A stretch of 20,987 nt of DNA. Source: a virus. A program made the translations under genes and the position numbers. Positions within the stretch are counted from its first letter, which is position 1; the number at the start of each line of letters is the position of its first letter. The stretch lies in the IMG/VR virus record IMGVR_UViG_3300010338_000848, one strand, 5' to 3'. Below the pieces are notes generated by a model. It was not told where the DNA came from and searched no databases. It worked only from the letters and a program-made list of their open reading frames with translations. Below, piece after piece: positions 1 through 8,452 of the stretch.

Positions 1-1
1 A

Positions 2-1261
2 CCAACTAAAAAACAGGCGGAATTTCTCGTCGATCTCAGTCCGGAGGTGTTGTTTGGCGGTGCAATGGGCGGTGGCAAGTCTGATGCGTTGCTCATGGCC
101 GCGCTCATGTTTGTACACATAAAAGATTACTCTGCGCTTATATTGAGGAAGACATATACAGATCTGTCGTTGCCTGGTGCATTAATTGATCGATCACATT
201 CGTGGCTGGATTCGACGGATGCAAAGTGGAACGAGCAGTTGCACCAGTGGCGGTTTCCGAGCGGTGCGACCTTGACCTTCGGATACCTTGATACGTCGAA
301 TGCGAAGTATCGCTATCAGTCATCAGAATTTCAGTACGTTGGGTTCGATGAGCTCACACAATTCGAGCGCGAGGAAGACTATACATATTTGTTCACGAGG
401 TTGAGAAAACTGAAGAGTTCGAACGTGCCGTTACGGATGCGCGCTGCAACAAATCCAGGTGGAGCTGGAGAGAGCTGGGTCTACAGAAGGTTTTTCAAGG
501 ATCAAAACGCTTCGCGGCGGTTTATCCCTTCGCGGCTGGAAGACAACCCGTACCTGGATGCGAACAGTTATGAGCATTCGTTGAGTCAACTAGATCCAAT
601 CACACGTCGACAGCTCCGTGAAGGAATTTGGAATGTGAAAGTCGAAGGGAATTTATTCAAATCGGATTGGTTTAAGTTCATCGAGCTGAACGAGGTTCCG
701 CGAAGCGGGACAGTGGTACGGTTCTGGGATCTTGCTGCGACCGAATTCAGAAAGAATAATGATCCGGACTATACCGCCGGTGTCAGAGTTCGTCTCTGTG
801 ACGGCGTGTTTTATATTGAGGACGTAATCAAGGTGAGGAAGCCGCCTGGTGAGATTGAACGGTTGATACACGAGACCGCAAAGCGGGACGGGCACGAATG
901 CATCATCGCAATCGAACAGGAGCCAGGTGCGGCGGGCAAAATCATCATGAACGATCTGTCGAGGAGAATTCTGACTGGGTATATATTCTACCCAGTAAAG
1001 ATAAGCGATCCAAAGTTGCATTTCGCAAAAATATTCTCTGCAGCGTGCTACAACGGGAACGTCCACGTGGTAAACTCATCATGGACTAAGGATTTTGTGG
1101 ACGAATGCGTGGCATTTCCATCCCCGGGAGTGCATGATGACGCGGTCGATGCTGCATCTAAAGCGATCGTCTTCCTGTCACAACGGTATGCGAAGCAAAA
1201 CGAGGTTACCGACTTCGGTGTGTATTCCTGTGGTGATTATGAAATCGATGAGGTAATTTAA
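2..1261 (+). CDS. terL: Terminase large subunit, 5'-partial
   Basis: The frame is open from base 2 (PTKKQAEFL, adenine-binding Q motif), upstream of the GTG at 47 used by the track. Walker A GGAMGGGKS, Walker B YVGFDE, coupling motif AATNP, nuclease acidic motifs RFWDLA and HDDAVDA. Confidence 0.95.
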   Translation, partial: PTKKQAEFLVDLSPEVLFGGAMGGGKSDALLMAALMFVHIKDYSALILRKTYTDLSLPGALIDRSHSWLDSTDAKWNEQLHQWRFPSGATLTFGYLDTSNAKYRYQSSEFQYVGFDELTQFEREEDYTYLFTRLRKLKSSNVPLRMRAATNPGGAGESWVYRRFFKDQNASRRFIPSRLEDNPYLDANSYEHSLSQLDPITRRQLREGIWNVKVEGNLFKSDWFKFIELNEVPRSGTVVRFWDLAATEFRKNNDPDYTAGVRVRLCDGVFYIEDVIKVRKPPGEIERLIHETAKRDGHECIIAIEQEPGAAGKIIMNDLSRRILTGYIFYPVKISDPKLHFAKIFSAACYNGNVHVVNSSWTKDFVDECVAFPSPGVHDDAVDAASKAIVFLSQRYAKQNEVTDFGVYSCGDYEIDEVI

Positions 1262-2566
1262 ATGACCGGATACATCACGGATGATTTACTGTATCATGAT
1301 GGTAAATTTTTCTATGAATCTAGCCGGATAGAGGATCTGATCCTGAACGAAAAACTTATCACCGGATCGGAATATCCCGTACCGGAAGTTCCTTATTATT
1401 CTAATCCGGAAATAACGTGGCAGGACGTGCGAAACGTAGCGAGAGACGTTCCGATCGTCGCGAACACTTTAGAAAAGTACAGGAAGTTCATCTTTCAGGG
1501 CGCTAGGATAAACGTCATCCCGCCGGTTGATGAAGACGTATCAGAGGATAGACTCAAAGAAGTCCAGGCGACGTTTAATAAACTTGATAGAATTGTTAAG
1601 ACGCTGGTCAGGTTGAATCAGGCCTGGTATGATCGAAAGGTGTATGGATCTGCGATCTTTGAATACGTGATCGGGAGCATGGGAGGATGGAAGGCGCCTG
1701 TGGCGTTTAAGAGGCTTCCTGCATATTCGTTTAACACTGTGCCGCTTTCGCGGATTGATATGTACAGATATATCCCAGGCGACATTCTGAAAGGCATAAT
1801 TTATGACACCGAAGAGGATCGTATTGAATACTGGCAGAAAATACACAATGATAAAATCGTCCGTATAAATAATGAGAATGTGATACATATTAGAGATGTG
1901 GTGGCGGATTCTCCAGACGGTCGATCTGCTATAGCGTGCATCGTTCCGCTCGTGAAGAGATTGATGTTCGCGGAAAAATCGCTCGTGCAGGCCGTGAACA
2001 GAGCGGGCGCTCCTAACCTGTGGATCAGTATAGAGGAGTATCGGGATAGCCCTCCGCCAATGAATCCAGAAGCGTGGACTGTTTCTAAAGCGTTTAAGGA
2101 AGCCAAGAAACTTGCTAAAAATCATGGTAAGGATACGGTGATGGTGGCGCCATCATGCATCCAGCCCAAACCACTTGACTACAAGATGCCCATTGATCCG
2201 ATGAAAGTGATCGATCATTATGAGAGACGAATTTTATACTCGATAATCGCGAGGGATTTCACCGAGCAGACCGGTCAGGCTATATCCCAGACCGCTAAAC
2301 CTGGACTCACATTGTTGATTCTGATGGCGAAATCCGAGCAGGAGGAGATCGCAGCGCCGTTCATTGAGTTCTGGAAGAAAATCTTTGATCTGAACGGACT
2401 GGACGGCTGGTCTGTGGAGATTGAGTGGAGGCCGTTCGAGGAGACCTCCGATGAGATGATGTACCGCAACGCGGAGATCGCGGCGAAGATAGGCGCATGG
2501 ACTGAAGACGAAATAAGAGAGATCGCGGGATGGCCACCAAAACCAAAAGAAGTTAATAATGTTTAA
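1262..2566 (+). CDS. Portal protein
   Basis: 434 aa directly after terL. The segment YWQK..NENVIHIRD..DGRSAIACI matches the VIHxR..GxSxI pattern of HK97-type portals. RBS-like GAGGTAA upstream. Confidence 0.85.
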   Translation: MTGYITDDLLYHDGKFFYESSRIEDLILNEKLITGSEYPVPEVPYYSNPEITWQDVRNVARDVPIVANTLEKYRKFIFQGARINVIPPVDEDVSEDRLKEVQATFNKLDRIVKTLVRLNQAWYDRKVYGSAIFEYVIGSMGGWKAPVAFKRLPAYSFNTVPLSRIDMYRYIPGDILKGIIYDTEEDRIEYWQKIHNDKIVRINNENVIHIRDVVADSPDGRSAIACIVPLVKRLMFAEKSLVQAVNRAGAPNLWISIEEYRDSPPPMNPEAWTVSKAFKEAKKLAKNHGKDTVMVAPSCIQPKPLDYKMPIDPMKVIDHYERRILYSIIARDFTEQTGQAISQTAKPGLTLLILMAKSEQEEIAAPFIEFWKKIFDLNGLDGWSVEIEWRPFEETSDEMMYRNAEIAAKIGAWTEDEIREIAGWPPKPKEVNNV

Positions 2567-3882
2567 TGGGTGGTAATATGGTTTGGAATGGTAACGAAGT
2601 TGAGAAGAAAATCTGGCAGGGGGCTCTCAAGCCGGATGGTACTTATGATGTGAGTTATCTCAAAGCGTGTTATCTGAAGGGGCCTGAGGGCGACCCGCAG
2701 CTAAAAGGATCGTGGAGCTATCCGTACAGATCGTCTCCTGATGAGGAACCGAACTGCGCTGGACTGCTCGCTGCAGAGCAACGCGCAAAAGGCACGGGAA
2801 ACGATCCAGAGGTGGCACGCAAAGCGAGAAACCTGAGGGTGAGGTACTGCGGTGCAGCGCGCGAGGACTCCACATCGATTTGTTTGAACAGCGGAGAGTT
2901 CATCGAGACGTCTGATGAAATTATAGTCAAGTGTTCGGTAATGTCTGCAGGCGTTTACAACGGACACTTAAAGACTGCAGAAGAGCTTCAAAAGTCCACA
3001 AAGTGGTGGGAAGGTGTGCCGATCGTTATAGAGAATGAAAACAGTATCGGAGATCACCCAGATACTGGCATAACGACTGCGAACACGGTTCGTGTAGGTC
3101 AGCTACGTAATCCAACATGGGACGAATCCAGACAGTCGATCGTTGCAGAGGCACACTTTTATAAAAATGATACTCCAGACTGGTTGATAAACGATCTGAG
3201 AAATCGCAAGGTGCTTGGGGTGTCGGGCGCGTACTTCTGTGATTTCATTGAAGAGTCTGGAGAGGTTGCCGGTGTGAAATATAGATCAATAGAGATAAAT
3301 TACGTGCCAAACAATCTCGCAATTGTGAAAAATCCTGCGTGTAAACCACCCAGATGCGGGATAAACGTTGATACAATTACGGATAGTGTCAATGAAGAGA
3401 TAAGATCTCCGAGCGTAAAGATAACAATCAATGGAATTCCTTACGAGGAATTTCTTAAAAGTATCAAAGGAGGATCAAAAATGTCAGATGAGATAAAGGT
3501 TGAGGAGAAGAAGGCAGAACCAACAGTGCAGCTCAACGTCGACGAGCTTCTGAAGTCCAAGGACCAGGAGATCGCGACGCTGCAGGCTCAGGTGCTACAG
3601 TTGAATGCACAGCTCAAGGAGTATCAGGAGAAGGAGCGGCAGGCGATCATCGAGGCCAAGAAGGCAAAGTTCCTTGCACAGTTCCCTGAGCAGAACAGAG
3701 AGATCGCTGAGAAGGAGCTACTGCCTATATTCCTTGAGAGACCTGAGGAACTGATCCTGAATGCGTCCAGGATCGCAGAGCTCATGATCGTTCCGAAGGT
3801 GACCGGTCAGGAGTACGTAAAGGTTGAGAAGAACAGCGAGCTTGAGCCTCCATCAATAGATGAGCTCAGAAAGATCATATGA
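2566..3882 (+). CDS. Prohead protease-scaffold fusion (DUF2213-like protease core, C-terminal coiled-coil scaffold); true start may be ATG 2578
   Basis: Lies between portal and capsid genes. Motifs SAGVYNG, DHP, GVSGAY and PNNLAIVKNPAC resemble DUF2213/herpes-fold maturation proteases. The C-terminal third is E/K/Q-rich and heptad-like. GGGTGG precedes ATG 2578. Confidence 0.75.
   Translation: MGGNMVWNGNEVEKKIWQGALKPDGTYDVSYLKACYLKGPEGDPQLKGSWSYPYRSSPDEEPNCAGLLAAEQRAKGTGNDPEVARKARNLRVRYCGAAREDSTSICLNSGEFIETSDEIIVKCSVMSAGVYNGHLKTAEELQKSTKWWEGVPIVIENENSIGDHPDTGITTANTVRVGQLRNPTWDESRQSIVAEAHFYKNDTPDWLINDLRNRKVLGVSGAYFCDFIEESGEVAGVKYRSIEINYVPNNLAIVKNPACKPPRCGINVDTITDSVNEEIRSPSVKITINGIPYEEFLKSIKGGSKMSDEIKVEEKKAEPTVQLNVDELLKSKDQEIATLQAQVLQLNAQLKEYQEKERQAIIEAKKAKFLAQFPEQNREIAEKELLPIFLERPEELILNASRIAELMIVPKVTGQEYVKVEKNSELEPPSIDELRKII
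3481..3882 (+). CDS. Putative nested in-frame scaffolding protein (133 aa, MSDEIKVEEKK...)
   Basis: AGGAGG at 3468-3473 lies 7 nt before in-frame ATG 3481, exactly where the coiled-coil region begins. Confidence 0.6.
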   Translation: MSDEIKVEEKKAEPTVQLNVDELLKSKDQEIATLQAQVLQLNAQLKEYQEKERQAIIEAKKAKFLAQFPEQNREIAEKELLPIFLERPEELILNASRIAELMIVPKVTGQEYVKVEKNSELEPPSIDELRKII

Positions 3883-3887
3883 GGTGA
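3881..3887 (+). promoter_or_regulatory. Representative ribosome-binding site GAGGTGA (motif GTGA-N4-6-ATG recurs through the operon)
   Basis: GTGA ends 4-6 nt before the ATGs at 3893, 4359, 5934, 6680, 7258, 7757, 9941, 10371, 11077 and 20466. It is complementary to the 16S rRNA 3' end (AUCACC). Confidence 0.8.
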
Positions 3888-3892
3888 TATAA

Positions 3893-4336
3893 ATGGCAAT
3901 AGTCAAGCAGACTTCTTACGGAGTATCCCTACCATGCGCAGCAGAGGCAATCGTGGAGGGATATGTTTACAAGGATAACGGATCTGGTCAGATGACGAAG
4001 ACAACCGCGAAGAATGATGTAGCGGTTGCGGTCGCTCTGTCGAGTTCGCTCGACCCGCAGACAGGAGCGCCTGTTGTGAAGGCAGCAGGCGACCCGCATG
4101 GATTCGCACTGATTGGAAGCGGACTGATCGTAAAAGTTGCGTCTGTGGCGTCTGCAACATACCAGTTCGGCGCGAAGGTCTATCTGAGCACAACCGCCGG
4201 TATGGTCACGTCGAGCGCTGCAACGTCGACCCCGATCGGCCACTATGTCGGCAAGGATAACATGACCACATCGAGCGCGGGCGAGCTCATAGACGTATAC
4301 CTTGATATGCCGATAGGTAGCGCCGTTGAGAGCTAA
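3893..4336 (+). CDS. Small capsid-associated (decoration/cement-like, DUF2190-like) protein
   Basis: 147 aa, A/G/V-rich beta-type sequence (GAKVYLSTTAGMVT..PIGHY..LIDVYL) between scaffold and MCP. RBS GAGGTGA at 3881-3887. Confidence 0.65.
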   Translation: MAIVKQTSYGVSLPCAAEAIVEGYVYKDNGSGQMTKTTAKNDVAVAVALSSSLDPQTGAPVVKAAGDPHGFALIGSGLIVKVASVASATYQFGAKVYLSTTAGMVTSSAATSTPIGHYVGKDNMTTSSAGELIDVYLDMPIGSAVES

Positions 4337-4358
4337 ATAATTTAAGGAGTGATATAAA

Positions 4359-5282
4359 ATGCCAGTTACAAGTGGATATATGAATCCAGATATGCTGGGA
4401 CAGTATATAAAGGGATGGGCCAAGCGGTCGATGGAGCTCATCAACACTGATGCTCAGAACTACGATCTGCTCGGAAAGGCATTCCCACTGAAGCCCGTCG
4501 ACACCGAGAAGATCGAGTTCTTTGTCACGCACGGCGTGCCTGGGCGGATAGACGTGGATCTCGACACGGCTGTGGACGCATCGAGATGGTCCATCACCAG
4601 AGTGTCTAAAGATTTGAAGTGGGACAAGTTCGATTACCTGATCACGGATGCAGCGAAGACACGCGCAGCCATCGACACGCTGGCGATGGACGGCACGCGG
4701 ATGGCGCTGAACTACTTCGGCGCAGTTCGTACCTTCCGAGCGGTCACAGAGCTGGTCGCGAAGGCCGGTCTGTCTGATTCGGTAACCGCTCAGTGGAACT
4801 CCTCAGGAGCGGATGTCGAGGGCGATATCGTCAAGGCGATCGAGGGTATCGTCAGTTCGACTGGAATCGATCCGTCAAACCATTCGTTCGGCGTTCTCTA
4901 TCCGTCCTCCAGGATGAGAGGAATTGATCAGCTCGATCTGATCAACAACGTCCAGCAGTCCTTGAAGGAGTACCTGATGAAGATCTGGAAGATCAACTTC
5001 TATGCGTTCACTCCGTACAAGGATGCCGACGGTAACGCTTACATTGACATACACAACAAGACGTCCTCGGATGCGCTCGGCACCAACGCGATCGTGTTCG
5101 TCGAGGGCGACAACACTATGCGCGGAGCGATCTACCAGCCGACTGATATCCCGCTCACGGAGACCACCAGGATACACGACGTTGGCTGGAGGACAACGCT
5201 CAGGCAGTGTGTCGGGTACCTGGTCGTGCCGAAGTACCATGCAACCAACTCCGCGAACATATTCAAGATCACCGGTGTGTGA
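4359..5282 (+). CDS. Major capsid protein (HK97-fold presumed)
   Basis: 307 aa at the MCP position, with strong RBS GGAGTGA (4346-4352) and GC3-rich codon usage. The fold is inferred from synteny and size, not from a recognised signature. Confidence 0.75.
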   Translation: MPVTSGYMNPDMLGQYIKGWAKRSMELINTDAQNYDLLGKAFPLKPVDTEKIEFFVTHGVPGRIDVDLDTAVDASRWSITRVSKDLKWDKFDYLITDAAKTRAAIDTLAMDGTRMALNYFGAVRTFRAVTELVAKAGLSDSVTAQWNSSGADVEGDIVKAIEGIVSSTGIDPSNHSFGVLYPSSRMRGIDQLDLINNVQQSLKEYLMKIWKINFYAFTPYKDADGNAYIDIHNKTSSDALGTNAIVFVEGDNTMRGAIYQPTDIPLTETTRIHDVGWRTTLRQCVGYLVVPKYHATNSANIFKITGV

Positions 5283-5310
5283 TCTTATTTAAAATTTTTA
5301 AGGTGGTCGT

Positions 5311-5892
5311 ATGAGAAAGCTCATCGGACTGTTTGCGATACTGATGATCGTGAGCGTGGCGGCTGGCTACCCGACACATAAAGCACTGATTGAGGGTAGA
5401 GTGAAGGTTCCGTATGGAGGGCCGTGGATAGGTGATGATTACTCCGTGACGTTTGGTAATGATAAGGATGTGACGGTCGGATACAACGCTACGTATGACA
5501 GGCTAAATATAATAGGCGCACCGGCATACATCGCGGATAACCTGACCGTTACGGGACATATGACAGCGAAGACATATGCAGGATCTGCAGGCAGTGCTAT
5601 CACGACTGATACCGTTTACACCGCTGCGACTCTACCGACGTTCGTGAAGGTCAACCAGGCGACTGGGAACGTGACCGTAGTGTTGCCAGTGGCATCAAGT
5701 ACAACTGGGAGGTTGATAGGTGTGAAGTCCGTTGCCACGAGCGGGTCTAATTATATGAAGATCAACGTGACAGGTGGCGGATATATTGATGCGTCCACCA
5801 TTGTAATGTCGAATACTGCACGTGCTGGTATCACTCTGTTCAGTGATGGTACACAGTACTGGATAATGTCCGCGTATGGTTCATGGTCATGA
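5311..5892 (+). CDS. Signal-peptide-bearing fibre/adhesin-like beta protein
   Basis: The N-terminus MRK-LIGLFAILMIVSV-AAG|Y fits a Sec signal peptide. The mature part has fibre-like segments (DDYSVTFGNDKDVTVGY; LTVTGHMTAKTY) and a C-terminal TVVLP..GRLIGVK..IDA..ITLFSDGTQYWI domain typical of fibre tips. Confidence 0.65.
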   Translation: MRKLIGLFAILMIVSVAAGYPTHKALIEGRVKVPYGGPWIGDDYSVTFGNDKDVTVGYNATYDRLNIIGAPAYIADNLTVTGHMTAKTYAGSAGSAITTDTVYTAATLPTFVKVNQATGNVTVVLPVASSTTGRLIGVKSVATSGSNYMKINVTGGGYIDASTIVMSNTARAGITLFSDGTQYWIMSAYGSWS

Positions 5893-5933
5893 ACGTGATG
5901 ATTGATCATAAAATAATTTTTACGTGAGAATAT

Positions 5934-6266
5934 ATGGCACCGAGGAAGAAGATAAAGCCTAAGGATCTTGACAGACTGGTTGAGGAAGACCCATTTTTTG
6001 TGAACAGTGATCCGGTCGATCCTTCCCAGCCGGTCAAGGAGATGAAGATAGGGAACAGGGTTTACGTGACGCTTCCCAAGTACTCCAGAAAGTTGAGAAT
6101 GTTGATGAAGGAGCAGGCCGATAACGACCAGACACCACGCGGTACTTTCCGACTTCCTAACGGGACGATAATGGAGTTCGGAAAGACGTATCTGGTCGAG
6201 CTCACCCCCGAAATAAAAGACCTGCTCGTGAAAGGAATACTGATGGGTGGAGGGAAAACAAGATGA
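5934..6266 (+). CDS. Hypothetical protein (110 aa)
   Basis: GTGA 6 nt before the ATG; ATGA overlap with the next gene. No recognised motif. Confidence 0.7.
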   Translation: MAPRKKIKPKDLDRLVEEDPFFVNSDPVDPSQPVKEMKIGNRVYVTLPKYSRKLRMLMKEQADNDQTPRGTFRLPNGTIMEFGKTYLVELTPEIKDLLVKGILMGGGKTR

Positions 6267-6664
6267 TTAAAATATTTTGTCCGGTGTGTGAGACTGAATC
6301 GGAGATAGACGAACTTGAGATCAGGATCGCTTGTCGGTTTGCTAACGATGACAACGTCCTGATAAGCTGCAAGAACTGCTGCAGAGTGCTCAGGATCGAT
6401 ATCGATGGGAATACGTTCCCTCAGAAAATGCAGGAGATCATTGATAACGATGATTGGTTACCGTGCGCCCCGTTCCTCGATCCGGAAGTCCTCAAGATGC
6501 CTTCAGGTGTCATAGACTACAACGGACTTAAGTTATATAAGTCTGGCTCAGGAGACGAGGGACTTACCAAGCGCGATTACATGACGAAGTACGGGATAGA
6601 TCCTGAGTGCATGTTAAAGAAGATGAGAAAGTCACCAGAGCCGCTTAAGGTTGGAAAGTTCTAA
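6263..6664 (+). CDS. Cys-rich, probable zinc-ribbon protein (133 aa)
   Basis: CPVC near the N-terminus and CKNCC about 30 residues later; coupled to the upstream gene by an ATGA overlap. Confidence 0.65.
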   Translation: MIKIFCPVCETESEIDELEIRIACRFANDDNVLISCKNCCRVLRIDIDGNTFPQKMQEIIDNDDWLPCAPFLDPEVLKMPSGVIDYNGLKLYKSGSGDEGLTKRDYMTKYGIDPECMLKKMRKSPEPLKVGKF

Positions 6665-6679
6665 AGGAAGTGAACAAAT

Positions 6680-6943
6680 ATGGAGTACGCAACTCTTTTC
6701 ACATCTCTGATCGCGCTTGTAATGTCTTTAGGCAGTGTGTACGTCCTTCAGGCTCGCAAGAAGTTCGTCATTGCTATAGGAGAGATCGCTGGTATACTTA
6801 AAGAACTCTCCGTGCTACTGATTATGATCAGCGAGGCTCAGGCAGATGATAAAATAACACAGGAAGAGCTTGACAGGATCGTCATGCAGGCGAAAGAACT
6901 CCAGAAAGGGGTAGCGGCATTCAAATCGTGGCTAGACTGGTGA
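6680..6943 (+). CDS. Small membrane protein, holin-like candidate (87 aa)
   Basis: Hydrophobic N-terminal helix LFTSLIALVMSLGSVYVL, a second weakly hydrophobic segment and a helical C-terminus. RBS GGAAGTGA. Confidence 0.55.
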   Translation: MEYATLFTSLIALVMSLGSVYVLQARKKFVIAIGEIAGILKELSVLLIMISEAQADDKITQEELDRIVMQAKELQKGVAAFKSWLDW

Positions 6944-6947
6944 GCTT

Positions 6948-7253
6948 ATGCCGCTCGAAGAAGAGCTGGCGAAATCAGCGATGGGCGATTTCAACGCCAT
7001 GCTCATTGTCTTTTTGGTGATCACATTGGTGTCCGGCTTCTGGTACATGATCAAGTCTCTCCTGGATCAAAATGCGAAGCACAATCAGGACATTTTGAAC
7101 AAGATGGAGATCATCGTGCAGACGATCAAAGACTACAAATGCGACACAATGGATATGCTGAAAGCACACGACGAACAGGCACGGTGCATAAAGAACACGC
7201 TTGCGGAGCTGAAAACAACATTACAAAACCGTCCATGTATAAAAGACCGGTGA
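6948..7253 (+). CDS. Single-pass membrane protein with coiled coil, BhlA-like holin candidate (101 aa)
   Basis: TM segment AMLIVFLVITLVSGFWYMI followed by a heptad-like polar tail. Confidence 0.55.
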   Translation: MPLEEELAKSAMGDFNAMLIVFLVITLVSGFWYMIKSLLDQNAKHNQDILNKMEIIVQTIKDYKCDTMDMLKAHDEQARCIKNTLAELKTTLQNRPCIKDR

Positions 7254-7257
7254 TAGA

Positions 7258-7752
7258 ATGATCAGTGAAGAGGACGTGATAATCGCGGTCAACGCTTATA
7301 CAAATTTCTCGTGTCAAACCAAGGAGGAATATAATGGAAAAATGAACACGACCGCGAACATTCTATACAGCTCGCAGTCTAAGACGCAGTCAAATTTTCA
7401 ACTACTGTATAAGGTTGCGTCTGAAAAGCTCAACCGAGATGAATCTCTACACGGAATTTTACTGAGCGATGACGAGAGATTGATGGCGCTTGCGTACCTG
7501 ATCGCATATTACCATGAACGTAAATTTAAGGACTGGCACGCATCGAACATAAAATCCGGTGATGATTCCGTAACCAAATCTGGGTCTGGATATTTAGCAT
7601 CGTATAACGAAGTCATACTCAATGCTGTTATGAAGTCGAATGGCATCGTTGATAGCGATCTTAAATTAGAACGACATGTTGATTACGAAAATTATCCGAA
7701 CAACTTTAGAATAACACAGATGAAAGACGAGGAAATAATACTATCCGAGTGA
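7258..7752 (+). CDS. Head-tail adaptor (SPP1 gp15/HK97 gp6-like)
   Basis: 164 aa. A helical N-half ends in LAYLIAYYH, followed by the beta-hairpin motif SNIKSGDDSVTK (compare SxSxGDxSVxY in adaptors). First gene of the connector block. Confidence 0.65.
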   Translation: MISEEDVIIAVNAYTNFSCQTKEEYNGKMNTTANILYSSQSKTQSNFQLLYKVASEKLNRDESLHGILLSDDERLMALAYLIAYYHERKFKDWHASNIKSGDDSVTKSGSGYLASYNEVILNAVMKSNGIVDSDLKLERHVDYENYPNNFRITQMKDEEIILSE

Positions 7753-7756
7753 TAAA

Positions 7757-8452
7757 ATGATCGGCGGAGCGTATCACATTTTCAAGTTCACCGAACGTGA
7801 CAACAAGGTCTTTGATGGATACGCGGATCGTTCTATAAAGATATCTCATCAGTTAATAAAACCGTCGTACATTAAAATCGTGTCCAGTGAAACTGATGAA
7901 GAGTTCACCATGAAGATAAGCGGGCTGAATGGTACTCAGGAAATTGAGGAAGACGTCTTAATCGAGGGGGCGTGCGCAGTAACATCCGTCAATGAGTTCA
8001 CTGAGCTCACTTCGATCACCATGTTTGATTACAACATATGGAGAGATTACACACCAATCACCTGGGGAGATCTGAGTTCGCGAACCTGGGAAGATGTTTT
8101 TTTTGATAAACTAACATCGATTCCGTATCTGGTGATAAGCGCGGTCGATGTGAACGGTCTGCCCTTGTATTGGATGGAGCACGAATTATATTATGGACGT
8201 TATGCAATGATAACATCGAATCAGACCGCGATCGATATCTTCAGCCGTGGTCAGGAGTTCAGGCAGCTGATCAAGTGTGTGTTAGATGGAGAAGTTCCTT
8301 GTCAAAAAGGACAGACGTTCAGGATCGCGGGGCAGTATGATACGTATGTGATCCTGACAGATCCGCGCTATCGTTTCCGGTTGGGCACTGATACAATCGA
8401 ACACACAGAATTCTTCGCGGGAGTCAACTATGATGCTCCGCGGGTGGTCTGA
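7757..8452 (+). CDS. Head-closure (stopper)-like protein with an enlarged N-terminal region
   Basis: Follows the adaptor. The C-terminus (GQTFRIAGQYDTYVILTDPRY..IEHTEFFA) resembles gp16-type closure proteins. At 231 aa it is about twice the usual size. Confidence 0.5.
   Translation: MIGGAYHIFKFTERDNKVFDGYADRSIKISHQLIKPSYIKIVSSETDEEFTMKISGLNGTQEIEEDVLIEGACAVTSVNEFTELTSITMFDYNIWRDYTPITWGDLSSRTWEDVFFDKLTSIPYLVISAVDVNGLPLYWMEHELYYGRYAMITSNQTAIDIFSRGQEFRQLIKCVLDGEVPCQKGQTFRIAGQYDTYVILTDPRYRFRLGTDTIEHTEFFAGVNYDAPRVV

Noticed and set aside
47-49. GTG 47 as the terminase start
   Set aside because: The frame is open to the window edge and encodes the conserved Q motif upstream, so the gene starts before base 1.
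5270-5311. MCP readthrough or frameshift fusion to the downstream fibre-like ORF
   Set aside because: The downstream ORF is in a different frame with an in-frame TAA at 5299-5301 just upstream of its ATG.
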